From Candidatus Flemingiibacterium merdigallinarum (lineage in GTDB: Bacteria; Bacillota; Clostridia; Oscillospirales; CAG-272): DNA of 64,000 bases. How positions within the stretch are numbered: position 1 is the stretch's first letter; the number at the start of each line of letters is the position of its first letter. The DNA is taken from positions 37,130 through 101,129 of the forward strand of contig CAJFKR010000001.1 in assembly GCA_904386005.1 (NCBI GenBank). The letters run 5' to 3'. This document shows positions 1 to 9,007 of the stretch, in pieces. The position numbers were made by a program, and so were the translations under genes. Below the pieces are notes generated by a model that did not search any database, was not told the origin of the DNA, and was given only the letters and a program-made list of their open reading frames with translations.

Positions 1-141
1 CTCGCAGATCTCGCGCAGCTCCTGCTCGCGTCCGACAAGTATCAGCTCGATATCAGAATATTCGGCGAGCGCCTCCGCCGCGCCCTTTAGTATTTCCAGC
101 GGTGCGTTGTCTCCGCCCATCGCGTCAAGTATCAGCTTCAT
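1..141 (-). CDS. plsX: Phosphate acyltransferase PlsX, N-terminal fragment (continues off left edge)
   Basis: Reverse-strand translation from the ATG at 141-139 gives MKLILDAMGGDNAPLEILKGAAEALAEYSDIELILVGREQELREICE. This matches the conserved PlsX N-terminus (DAMGGDxAP). It is truncated by the window edge, so it is absent from the ORF track. Confidence 0.7.
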   Translation of the reverse strand, partial: MKLILDAMGGDNAPLEILKGAAEALAEYSDIELILVGREQELREICE

Positions 142-164
142 TTGCGTATACTCCTATATATTGT

Positions 165-400
165 TATTTCGTAATTGATTGTTTCCTCTGGGGGAGGAGC
201 CTTTTGAAAAAGGCTCCTCCCCGACCCTCCGCGAAAACTTTCGCAGAGTGGGATATATTGGGGATGTTTATTTGTGCACAGTCAGTTTATATGTGCTCGC
301 TGCCAGGACTACAGCCATGCGCCGCCTAATGGGACCCTGCTTCCCAACCGGCGGCTTGGTTTGGTGGGAACTTGTTTGAATTGGTTTGCGGTATTATTGT
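165..400 (+). repeat. Large structured repeat (family L), copy 1, core only
   Basis: It shares blocks with the other four copies: CTGGGGGAGGAGCCTTTTGAAAAAGGCTCCTCCCC hairpin, GACCCTCCGCGAAAACTTT, CATGCGCCGCC and CTGCTTCCCAACCGGCGGCTTGGTTT. It lacks the terminal inverted repeats and the inner variable hairpin. Confidence 0.7.
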
Positions 401-489
401 ATATTTGGATTTGGTGGTTTTGCTGATGTAACTATGCAATCAGCATTATTGTTATCTCCGGCGCGACCGAACAGCCGGTACATTTGCTA

Positions 490-1953
490 TTACTGTTCAT
501 CAGATGTGTCGGCTGCGGCGAGACCGAGCTCGGCGGCTTTAGCCTTGATATTTTCAATCGCGCGGATTCCCATAGCCTCGCCGCGGGCGCGCTTGCCGCC
601 CTTGACGCGGGTCGCGAGAGGCGCGGCTATGCCGAAGTTGACGTTCATCGGCTGAAAGTTCGCGACGTTCGGGTCGGAGACGTAGCGGGCGAGCGCGCCG
701 GTCATGCTCTCGCGGTCGAAATGCGCCGCGTCGAGTCCGAGCGCGTACCGCGCCGCGTTCAGTCCGGCGACGAGTCCGCTCGACGCGCTCTCGACATACC
801 CCTCGACGCCGGTCATCTGTCCGGCGAAGTAGAGCCCGGGGCGGGATTTATACATATAGCAGTCGTCGAGCAGCTTCGGCGAATTCATGAACGTATTGCG
901 GTGCATGACGCCGTAGCGCAGGAACTCGGCGTTCTCGAGTCCGGGAATAAGGCCGAAGACACGCCGCTGCTCGGGGAATTTCAGGTGGGTCTGGAAGCCG
1001 ACGATATTGTACATCGTGCCGTCGAGATTTTCGCGGCGGAGCTGCACTATCGCGTACGCCTCGCGTCCGGTCGACGGTACGGTGATGCCGACCGGCTTCA
1101 TCGGACCGAACAGCAGTGTTTCGCGTCCGCGGCGCGCCATCTCCTCGACCGGCATACAGCCCTCGAACACGGTGGGGCGTTTGGATTTATTGGTGGTATG
1201 ATTATCGTCAATGCGGTCACTGCCGGAATCGTGGTCACTGCCGGAATCGCGGTCAATGTTATTATCTCCGGTCGCTCCGGTACTGCCATCGCCTTTGTCG
1301 AAATCGTGCAGCTCGGCTTCCTCGGCTGTAATCAGCGCGTCATAGAAGCGGTCGTACTCCTCGCGGGTCATCGGGCAGTTGATGTACGACGCCTCGCCCT
1401 TGTCGTAGCGCGACGCGAAGAAGGCTTTTGTCATGTCTATAGACTCGAAGCTGACTATCGGCGCGGCGGCGTCGTGGAAGTAGAGGTAATCGGTGCCGAT
1501 GAGGCGGGCGATATCGCGTGACAGCGAATCGCTTGTGAGCGGTCCGGTCGCGATAACGACGATTCCGTCGGGTATTTCTGTGACCTCGTGCTCCTCGATT
1601 TCAATGAGCGGATGTGAGCGGAGCTTATGCGTGATGTAGTCGGAGAAGCGGTAACGGTCGACCGCGAGCGCGCTGCCCGCCGGAACCTCGCAGGCGTAGG
1701 CGGCTTCGATGACGAGCGAGCCGAGCAGGCGCATCTCCTCTTTCAGCACGCCGACCGCGTTAGTCATCATATTCGACCGAAGCGAATTCGAGCAGACGAG
1801 CTCGGCGAATCCGGAATAGCTGTGCGCTGGGGTGTACTTCTTTGGCTTCATCTCGACGAGCCGAACCCTGACGCCGAGCCGTGCGGCCATATAAGCCGCT
1901 TCGCATCCAGCCAGCCCCGCGCCGACAACGGTAATTTGTGGGGTGTTGTTCAT
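490..1953 (-). CDS. trmFO: Methylenetetrahydrofolate--tRNA-(uracil-5-)-methyltransferase TrmFO
   Basis: 487-aa ORF. The N-terminal FAD fold [12 protein letters not shown] and the motifs [10 protein letters not shown] and FEGCMP are typical of TrmFO/Gid. It follows topA as in the Bacillus dprA-topA-trmFO order. It carries a ~40-aa acidic low-complexity insertion. Confidence 0.9.
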   Translation of the reverse strand: MNNTPQITVVGAGLAGCEAAYMAARLGVRVRLVEMKPKKYTPAHSYSGFAELVCSNSLRSNMMTNAVGVLKEEMRLLGSLVIEAAYACEVPAGSALAVDRYRFSDYITHKLRSHPLIEIEEHEVTEIPDGIVVIATGPLTSDSLSRDIARLIGTDYLYFHDAAAPIVSFESIDMTKAFFASRYDKGEASYINCPMTREEYDRFYDALITAEEAELHDFDKGDGSTGATGDNNIDRDSGSDHDSGSDRIDDNHTTNKSKRPTVFEGCMPVEEMARRGRETLLFGPMKPVGITVPSTGREAYAIVQLRRENLDGTMYNIVGFQTHLKFPEQRRVFGLIPGLENAEFLRYGVMHRNTFMNSPKLLDDCYMYKSRPGLYFAGQMTGVEGYVESASSGLVAGLNAARYALGLDAAHFDRESMTGALARYVSDPNVANFQPMNVNFGIAAPLATRVKGGKRARGEAMGIRAIENIKAKAAELGLAAADTSDEQ

Positions 1954-1984
1954 AGTTATTTCTTTATGTTTAAGTTAGGGGGGA

Positions 1985-2380
1985 TTAAGAGAGTGGTCTC
2001 TGATTCGGCTCTGCCGAATCAGAGAGAGTGGAGAGCGGAGAGTGGTCTCGGATTCGCGGAGCGAATCCGAGAGCTGCGGTAGAAATTCGCCGTTGGCGAA
2101 TTTCAAATTATTATATACGCTTATGCGTATCTCGTTATTATATACGCTTATGCGTATCTCGCTTTTATGAGCGGGAGGGAGGGAATAGAATTATATTACA
2201 ACTTATCACTCAACCGCCGCAGGCGGTTTTAATCACAAAAATTCCCGCAGGGAATTTTTGTGTACCTCATCTCTCCGCGCAGCGGAGACCACTCTCTCCG
2301 ACTTCGCCGCAGGCGAAGCCGGAGACAACTCTCCACTCTCTCACAGCTTCGCCACAGGCGAAGCTGTGAGACCACTCTCT
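1985..2380. repeat. Modular hairpin-array repeat (family H), two convergent arms around a 137-bp centre
   Basis: The left arm has GAGAGTGGTCTC + hairpin units, then GAGCTGCGGTAG + GAAATTCGCC-GTTG-GGCGAATTTC. The right arm has the same modules in reverse complement and ends on the topA stop codon. The centre contains a 27-bp direct repeat TTATTATATACGCTTATGCGTATCTCG x2. Confidence 0.85.
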
Positions 2381-4643
2381 ATTCGGCGGCTTCTTCCGGC
2401 TCGACCTCTCGCTTGTAGCCGCAGCCGTCGGTCTTGCAGACCAGCAGGTTTTTGCCTTTCTTCTTATACAGCATACCGCCGCAGGTCGGGCATTTTTCAT
2501 TAGTCGGCATATCCCACGACGAGAACTCGCACTCGGGATAGCGTGAACAGCTGTAGAATACCGAGCGGCTGCGACCTTTCTTGACTACGACCTCAGCGCC
2601 GCAGAGCGGGCAGGCGACGCCGATGCCTTTCGTTATCTGCTTCGTGTTCTTGCACTCGGGGTAGCGCGAGCAGGCGTAGAAGTTGCCGTAGCGACCGGTG
2701 CGCAGCACCATCGGGCTGCCGCACTTCTCGCACACCATGTCGGTCTCGGCAACCACCTCGTCGAGCGCCTCGCCGTCCTTTGTGAGCGGCTTCGTGTTCT
2801 TGCAGGCGGGATAGTTCGGACAGGCCGCGAACTTGCCGTAGCGTCCGTTCTTGACGACCATTTTCGCGCCGCACTTCTCGCATACCATGTCGATTTCCTC
2901 AACCGGCAGCGCGTATTCGTCCTTAGTAGTCGAGTTTTCGGCTTTCTCGAGCGTTTTCGCGAAATCGTCATAGAACGCGTGCAAGACTCCGCTGACCGTG
3001 TTCACTCCGTTCGCGATTTCGTCAAGCTCGGTCTCCATCTCGGCGGTGAACTCATAGTCGACAATTTTCGGGAAGTAGTCGACCATGAGACGCGTCGTGA
3101 CCTCGCCAAGCTCGGTCGGCTTCAAGGATTTGTTTTCGCGCACGACGTATCCGCGCGTGATTATTGTTGTTATAATTGTAGCGAACGTGCTCGGACGACC
3201 GATACCCCGCTCCTCGAGGAATTTGACGAGCGACGCTTCGTTATAGCGCGGCGGCGGCTCGGTGAAGTGCTGCTGCGGCTTTGTCTCGTTGTGGCGCAGC
3301 TGCTCTCCCTCGTTGAGATGCGGCAGCTTCGCGCTCTTTTCGGGCGCGTCGCTGTCCTTTTCGCTCGCTTCCTCCGACTCCTCGTACACGGTCATGTATC
3401 CGGGGAATCTTACCGAGTAGCCGCTCGTGCGGAAGATGTAGCCGCCCGACTCGATGTCGGCGCTGATCGTATCGAGCTCCGCCGACGCCATCTGGCTCGC
3501 CATGAAGCGGTCCCAGATCAGCTTATAGAGCCGGTACTGGTCGCCGGTGAGCAGCTTCTTTATCTTCTCGGGTTCGAACTGGGTCGACGACGGGCGTATC
3601 GCCTCGTGCGCGTCCTGCGCGCCGGCTTTGGTCTTATAGATACGGCGCTCCTTCGGGTAGAACTGCTCGCCGTACTTCTCGGTGATATACTCCTTCGCCG
3701 CGTCGGCAGCCTCGTCGGCGATTCGGAGCGAGTCGGTACGCATATAGGTGATAAGACCCTGCACTCCGCCCATCGAGCTGCCGAGGTTTATGCCCTCGTA
3801 AAGCTCCTGCGCGACGCGCATTATCTTCTGTGACTGGAAGCCGAGCCGTCTCGACGCCTCCTGCTGCAGGGTCGACGTCGTGAAAGGCGGAGCGGGATTC
3901 TTCATGCGGACGGCGTTCTTGACCGAGCGGACGACAAACTCGCGTCCCTCGACGGCGGCGACTATCTTCATAGCCTCCTCCTCCGAGTGGAGCTCGAGCT
4001 TTCCGTTCGCGTCGCCGTAGAACTTCGCCTTAATCCTGCCGCCTTTTTTATTCTCGAGCGAGACGTCGATAGTCCAGTATTCCTCGGGATTGAACGCGCG
4101 TATCTCGTTCTCGCGCTCGACTATGATACGGGTCGCGACCGACTGCACGCGTCCGGCCGACAGCCCGCTCTTTACGGTTTTCCAAAGGAACGGACTCAAT
4201 TTATAGCCGACTATTCGGTCGAGCAGGCGGCGAGCCTGCTGTGAGTTGACCAGCCCCATATCGATGTCGCGCGGATTCTTGATACCGGCTTTGACCGCCT
4301 TTTTTGTGACCTCGTTAAAAGTCACGCGGCGGATTTTTTCCTCGGGTATCTCGAGCGCGATTGACAGATGCCACGCGATAGCCTCGCCCTCGCGGTCGGG
4401 GTCGGTCGCGAGGTAGACCTTGTCTGCCGCCTTGGCTTCCTTTTTGAGCTCCTTTATCAGCGGACCCTTGCCGCGGATATTTATATATCTGGCCTTGAAA
4501 TCGTTCTCGATATCGATACCGAGCGAGCTTTTCGGCAGGTCGCGGATATGTCCGGTCGACGCCACGACCTTGTAGCCCGAGCCAAGATAGCCTTTGACCG
4601 TGACCGCCTTTGGCGGCGATTCCATGATTACGAGATTAGCCAT
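2379..4643 (-). CDS. topA: DNA topoisomerase I with four C-terminal zinc ribbons
   Basis: 754-aa ORF with a Toprim N-terminus (LVIMESPPKA, DPDREGEAI). The active-site region is ITYMRTDS. There are four CxxC...CxxC zinc-ribbon repeats at the C-terminus. Confidence 0.95.
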   Translation of the reverse strand: MANLVIMESPPKAVTVKGYLGSGYKVVASTGHIRDLPKSSLGIDIENDFKARYINIRGKGPLIKELKKEAKAADKVYLATDPDREGEAIAWHLSIALEIPEEKIRRVTFNEVTKKAVKAGIKNPRDIDMGLVNSQQARRLLDRIVGYKLSPFLWKTVKSGLSAGRVQSVATRIIVERENEIRAFNPEEYWTIDVSLENKKGGRIKAKFYGDANGKLELHSEEEAMKIVAAVEGREFVVRSVKNAVRMKNPAPPFTTSTLQQEASRRLGFQSQKIMRVAQELYEGINLGSSMGGVQGLITYMRTDSLRIADEAADAAKEYITEKYGEQFYPKERRIYKTKAGAQDAHEAIRPSSTQFEPEKIKKLLTGDQYRLYKLIWDRFMASQMASAELDTISADIESGGYIFRTSGYSVRFPGYMTVYEESEEASEKDSDAPEKSAKLPHLNEGEQLRHNETKPQQHFTEPPPRYNEASLVKFLEERGIGRPSTFATIITTIITRGYVVRENKSLKPTELGEVTTRLMVDYFPKIVDYEFTAEMETELDEIANGVNTVSGVLHAFYDDFAKTLEKAENSTTKDEYALPVEEIDMVCEKCGAKMVVKNGRYGKFAACPNYPACKNTKPLTKDGEALDEVVAETDMVCEKCGSPMVLRTGRYGNFYACSRYPECKNTKQITKGIGVACPLCGAEVVVKKGRSRSVFYSCSRYPECEFSSWDMPTNEKCPTCGGMLYKKKGKNLLVCKTDGCGYKREVEPEEAAE

Positions 4644-4748
4644 TTAGTGTGATTTCTCCTTAAAAATTGATTCGTCAAAAATTGGTTCGTCGATTGGATT
4701 GACAATTGGATATATCTATTTGTATAATGGTGGTTTATATAATTGCGG

Positions 4749-6536
4749 TCAGATGTTACGTCTGAACAGCCCGCCGGGGAGTGATTCGACCGCCGAATAG
4801 AGCTCGAGAATCGTCAATGTCGCGAGCACGTCGCTTGTCGGCAGGTCGTCGCGCGTGAGCTTGTCCGGTGAGACCGCGCTGCCATCTTCAGGCAGCAAGT
4901 TGTAAATTCGCAGCTGCAGCGGGTTTAGCCGGCTTTTATCAAAGCTCGGCTTTTCCGTGGGCGCGGCGTTATGGGACCGGCTCTGTATAGACCGGAAGCC
5001 GCTATTGTTAGGCAAAGAATTGGCGGGCTTAGCAGCTGAATCGCGCGGTCTGTCCTGTGCGGACTGTGTGCAGCCGTCACGGTCGTGCGAGGAAACGGCA
5101 GGCTTAGCAGCTGAATCGCGCGGTCTGTCCTGTGCGGACTGTGTGCAGCCGTCATGGTTGGGCGAGGAGACGGCAGGCTTAGCAGCTGAATCGCGCAGTC
5201 TGTCCTGTGCGGACTGTGTGCAGCCGTCATGGTCGTGCGAGGAAACGGCGGGCTTAGCAGCTGAATCGCGCGGTCTGTCCTGTATAGGCTGGGCAGCCTC
5301 GGTGTGGACGGCTTCATTTGACTTCATGTCAGCCGTGCCAGTGTCTTTGAGCAGCGCGGACGCCGGTTTGAGATTGTCACGCGGCACAGCATTGCCACGC
5401 GGCTCGTCAGCATTGGAACGCACGGTCTCCGGCGGTTTGACGCCGGTCGGTCTGCCGTCAGCATGGCGAGCCGCCACATTCGCTTTTGCCGCGCGCGGCT
5501 GCCCCTCCGGTTGGTCGGACTTTGCACTGCTTCTGTCACGTCCCGACGGGTCAGACAAATCGCGCTCGGGCAACGGCTTCGTCGCGCGCAGCTCATAATG
5601 AAGGTATTTCTCACTGCGGGTCAGCATTTCGTTCGGCGACAGGTTCATCTTGTCGGCGAAATCCCGAAGAATGTCCTCGGCGGAGGCGCACAGGTACGCG
5701 CCGTCGCGTATCAGCAGATTCGTCCCGCGGCTCTCGGGCGAGTTGACGTTGCCGGGTACGGCGTAGACCGGACGCCCTTGGTCAGCCGCGTGACGCGCGG
5801 TTATCAGCGCGCCCGAACGCTCGCCCGCCTCGACTACAAGCAGCGCGTCGGAAAGTCCGCTGATTATACGGTTGCGTATCGGGAACGAATACCTTGACGG
5901 AGGGGTGTTTGGCGCGAACTCGCTTATCAGCATACCGCGCTCGGCAATCTGATCGAGCATGATCTTGTTTTCAGCCGGATACGCGACATTGACGCCGCAC
6001 CCGAGCACCGCTATCGTCGGCGACTCGAAGTAGAGCGCGGTCTGGTTTGCGACCGAGTCAATTCCGTTCGCCGCGCCGCTGATTATGACCGCGTTGTGCG
6101 CGCAGAGCTTGCGCGTGATATCGAACGCGATGTGCTTTCCGTAGTTGGTCATCGCGCGCGTGCCGACGACGCCCACGCTGAATTTGTCGTCGAGCGCTTC
6201 AATGTTTCCTCTGCAATATAGGACAATCGGTCGGTTATACAGACCTTTGAGCCGCTCTGGATAATGTTCGGACGCGCAGCTGACTATTCTGATGCCGCCC
6301 ATGAAGCAGAATTCGATTATATCCTCCGCGCGACTGAGGTCATGGTCGGCAAAGCGCGAGATGAAGCTCGGGTCGAATTTACCTATACCGAGCAGCTCGT
6401 CGCGTCCGGCCTCGTAAATCCGTTTGGGCGGACATTCCTCGCCCGAGCGGGCGTAATACTCGATAAGCCGCACTCCGTCCGAGCTGCCCGCGCCGCAGCG
6501 CAACGCATACCATATCCAGTAGATGATATCCTTCAT
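4749..6536 (-). CDS. dprA: DNA-processing protein DprA/Smf with repeat-expanded linker
   Basis: It has the Rossmann-like DprA core (VGTRAMTNYG, IISGAANGIDSVANQTAL, FPIRNRIISGLS, VVEAGERSGALITA) and a C-terminal winged-helix-like tail. The start is moved from the ORF-track 6887 to the ATG at 6536 (MKDIIYW), which is preceded by AAGGAGGA. The upstream in-frame stretch runs through a repeat element. Confidence 0.85.
   Translation of the reverse strand: MKDIIYWIWYALRCGAGSSDGVRLIEYYARSGEECPPKRIYEAGRDELLGIGKFDPSFISRFADHDLSRAEDIIEFCFMGGIRIVSCASEHYPERLKGLYNRPIVLYCRGNIEALDDKFSVGVVGTRAMTNYGKHIAFDITRKLCAHNAVIISGAANGIDSVANQTALYFESPTIAVLGCGVNVAYPAENKIMLDQIAERGMLISEFAPNTPPSRYSFPIRNRIISGLSDALLVVEAGERSGALITARHAADQGRPVYAVPGNVNSPESRGTNLLIRDGAYLCASAEDILRDFADKMNLSPNEMLTRSEKYLHYELRATKPLPERDLSDPSGRDRSSAKSDQPEGQPRAAKANVAARHADGRPTGVKPPETVRSNADEPRGNAVPRDNLKPASALLKDTGTADMKSNEAVHTEAAQPIQDRPRDSAAKPAVSSHDHDGCTQSAQDRLRDSAAKPAVSSPNHDGCTQSAQDRPRDSAAKPAVSSHDRDGCTQSAQDRPRDSAAKPANSLPNNSGFRSIQSRSHNAAPTEKPSFDKSRLNPLQLRIYNLLPEDGSAVSPDKLTRDDLPTSDVLATLTILELYSAVESLPGGLFRRNI
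5023..5290. repeat. 75-bp in-frame tandem repeat (~3.6 copies) inside dprA
   Basis: The unit GGCTTAGCAGCTGAATCGCGCGGTCTGTCCTGTGCGGACTGTGTGCAGCCGTCA... repeats directly. It encodes DRPRDSAAKPAVSSHDHDGCTQSAQ units between the DprA core and the C-terminal domain. Confidence 0.9.
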
Positions 6537-6589
6537 TAATGGGACGTCCTCCTTTGTTGTTCGGTATTTAGGTGATTGCATAAGTGCGA

Positions 6590-6865
6590 AAGTGTTCGTT
6601 TTTATGTGGGAAGCACCTGCGAGCTGCTGACGCGCGAGCTTTTGAGGCAGCTCGGAAAAAGGCGTCTTGCCATCATTTCGACAAGCGCAGCTTGTCGAAA
6701 TGTAAGCGCAGCTTGTCGAAATGTAAGCGCAGCTTGTCGAAATGTGACCCCCCGCCGCTCCCATACGGCGGCTCGATTTGTGCGTGGTCGTTTGGAGCTT
6801 ATGGTGTATGTTCGTTGACTGCTTAATTGCATAACTATAATTTCCGTCGAACTCATGGCGCGTTG
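6590..6865 (+). repeat. Large structured repeat (family L), copy 2, internally deleted, with 3 x 21-bp hairpin units
   Basis: The 5' nested hairpin GGGAAGCACCT..GAGCTGC..GCAGCTC..AAAAAGGCG resembles copy 5. The 3' block is CCGCCGCTCCCATACGGCGGCTCGATTTGTGCGTGGTCGTTTGGAGCTTATGG...CGTCGAACTCAT. The unit AGCGCAGCTTGTCGAAATGTA occurs 3 times at 6684-6746. Confidence 0.7.
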
Positions 6866-7233
6866 GGTCTATCTTGGCTTTTCGCACATCTAATGATACG
6901 TTTATGAGGTCTTACAAAATAGTATACCGCCATTCGGCGGAAATTTCAAGTCTTTTAACCCCGAATTTGTAAAATTTTATATTAAATAATTGAAGAATTC
7001 TATTTTTGGGGCGGTCGAGCGGGAGCTTTTGTTTATATATACATAAATATGACCGGCCATATTGCGGTCGGTCACATGATTTTATTGTTGTAAATCAACA
7101 CCGCGCGGCTTTTTTGACAAAACAGATAGCCGCGGATTTGTGAATCGACATTCGGGCATGGAGCTATTGACGACAGAACAGAAGGATTCGACCGGCCGCA
7201 TTTTCCGCGGCGAAACACAAGCCGCTCGCCGTG

Positions 7234-8979
7234 TCATTTCCGCAGCGACATCACGAGCCGCTCGTCGGGCGTGACATACGCGGTGTAGTTGGTCGTGTAA
7301 ATGACGAACCCGGGCTTCGAGCCGTTCGGCTTGCGGACATTTTTTATAAGGGTGTAGTCGACCGCGACGTTCTGACCGTCAGACGCCTTCGAGTAGTAGG
7401 CGGCTATCGTCGCGGCTTCGGTGAAGTCGCGCTCGGTCGGCTCGCCGTCCTCACAGAACAGCACGCAGTGCGAGCCGGGCTGATTCTTGACGTGGAACCA
7501 GTAGTCGGACTTTGACGCGACGCGGGTCGTGAGCCAGTCGTTCTGATGATTGTTCTTGCCGCAGAGGACGCGCAGTCCGTCGGTCGTGCGAAATTCCATC
7601 AGCTTCGGCTGTGACAGCTTCTTCGCGGCGTAGCTCTTCATTCGCGACGCGTAGCCCGAGCGGTAGAGCTCGTCGCGTATTTCGAGAATGTCGCTCTCGC
7701 TCTCGGCTCGGGTCAGCGAGTCGAACACCGTGTAGATATAGTCGAGCTCGGCTTCGGCGAGCTTTATCTGCCGCGCCAGCTCGACCTCGGCGGTCTTGCA
7801 CTTCGCGTACTTCTTATAGAATCGCTGCGCGTTCTGCTGAGGCGACAGCCGCTTGTCGAGCCTTATTTTTATCTTGCCGCCGTCCTCGCTGTAGTAGTTG
7901 TCGAGCTCTACCTCCTCGTCGCCGCGCTTCAGCTGCCAGATGTTGGCGGTCACAAGGTCGCCCCAGAGCTTGTAATTCTCCTTTTCGGCGCAGTCGGCGA
8001 GGTCGCTTTTTTGCAGCGCGATCTTCTTTTGAAGTCGGGTCTCGGCGTTGGTTAATAGCCGGAAGATATCGGAGGTGCGCTGCTTTATGCGCTCGGCGCG
8101 GTCGCGGGTGATGAAGAACTCGTCAAGCAGGCTGCCGAAGTCGGGGAACTTAATAACGTCAAAGTCGCCGCCGTATTCGGTCGGTCGGAAAAACGAATAC
8201 TCGACCGGACGACCGTTCGGCTCACGCACGAGCCAAGGCTCGAAGCAGTGTTCGCTGACCATAGCCGCGAACTCGCACAGCGCGTCATACAGCCGCTCGC
8301 CGCATTCGTCCACCGTCGCGCCAAGTCTACCCGCGGCGCGGCAGGCGATCTCGCGCGCGGTCAGGGCTGACAGTCCGTAATAATTCGCGGTGAGAAATTT
8401 ATCGGCGGTCATATCGCCCGAATCTGCCGCGGCGGCGTCAAACGCGGCGCGGTCGGGCTCGAGCGGCAGCATTTTATTCTGCTTCGGCGGCAGCTCGTAG
8501 ACAAAGCCGGGCAGTATCTGCCGCTTGGAGCTTGCCGAAAGGTCGATGATGCGCAGCGCGCTTATGACCTTTTTGTCCGAATCGAGCAGGATTATATTGC
8601 TGTACTTGCCCATAGTCTCGGCGACGAGGTATTTCGGCTTGCGGTAGCCGAGCTCGTCCATGCAGTCGAACGCGAACTCGACCGCGCGCTCGAAGCCGAG
8701 CTGCGTTATTCCGGTGACGCGCGAGCCGGTGAGGTGCTTTCGCAGCAGCATACAGAACATCGGCGCGGTAGTGGGATTCTCTTTCTGCTGCGACGTTATA
8801 TGAAAGCGCGGATTGTTTGTGCCTGCCGACAGCACGAGCCGCAGATTCTCGCGACCGGCGTGCAGCAGCAGGACTATCTCGTCGCGTTCAGGCTGCAGCA
8901 CCTTTTCGACCCGCGCGTCGGTGATACGCGAATTCAACTCATATGTGATTGCCGATACCATTCCGGCGTCAAATGCCAT
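7234..8979 (-). CDS. rqcH: Ribosome quality-control protein RqcH (NFACT / fibronectin-binding protein A family)
   Basis: 581-aa ORF. The N-terminus MAFDAGMVSAITYELNSRI...VEKVLQPERDEIVL and the C-terminal WFHVKNQPGSH motif are typical of FbpA/NFACT proteins. Confidence 0.85.
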   Translation of the reverse strand: MAFDAGMVSAITYELNSRITDARVEKVLQPERDEIVLLLHAGRENLRLVLSAGTNNPRFHITSQQKENPTTAPMFCMLLRKHLTGSRVTGITQLGFERAVEFAFDCMDELGYRKPKYLVAETMGKYSNIILLDSDKKVISALRIIDLSASSKRQILPGFVYELPPKQNKMLPLEPDRAAFDAAAADSGDMTADKFLTANYYGLSALTAREIACRAAGRLGATVDECGERLYDALCEFAAMVSEHCFEPWLVREPNGRPVEYSFFRPTEYGGDFDVIKFPDFGSLLDEFFITRDRAERIKQRTSDIFRLLTNAETRLQKKIALQKSDLADCAEKENYKLWGDLVTANIWQLKRGDEEVELDNYYSEDGGKIKIRLDKRLSPQQNAQRFYKKYAKCKTAEVELARQIKLAEAELDYIYTVFDSLTRAESESDILEIRDELYRSGYASRMKSYAAKKLSQPKLMEFRTTDGLRVLCGKNNHQNDWLTTRVASKSDYWFHVKNQPGSHCVLFCEDGEPTERDFTEAATIAAYYSKASDGQNVAVDYTLIKNVRKPNGSKPGFVIYTTNYTAYVTPDERLVMSLRK

Positions 8980-9007
8980 TTTTATACCTCTGAGAAAAAA
9001 TATTAAA

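Noticed and set aside
484-1521. 345-aa ORF on the + strand (and similar 64-151 aa ORFs nearby)
   Set aside because: It lies entirely antisense to the well-supported trmFO CDS. It has Arg/Ala/Gly/Val-rich composition with no recognisable motifs. Long stop-free antisense frames are expected in ~60% GC coding DNA.
1990-2001. Recurrent GGTCTC/GAGACC (a type IIS restriction-site sequence) in the hairpin arrays as a sign of engineering or an R-M target
   Set aside because: The hexamer is simply part of the conserved GAGAGTGGTCTC module, where TCTC and GAGA close adjacent hairpins. There is no R-M gene in the window and no other evidence.
1985-2380. Possible CRISPR-like array of GAGAGTGGTCTC repeats with ~20-nt spacers
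   Set aside because: The constant part is only 12 nt. Each 'spacer' is a self-complementary hairpin. The arrays have 1-3 units and occur as inverted arms. This pattern fits REP/BOX-type repeats, not CRISPR.
6537-6887. 117-codon N-terminal extension of dprA in the ORF track (712-aa version)
   Set aside because: The extension runs through the family-L repeat, including the 3 x 21-bp hairpins (translated as ISTSCAY repeats). The internal ATG at 6536 has an AAGGAGGA RBS and starts at the conserved DprA N-terminus.
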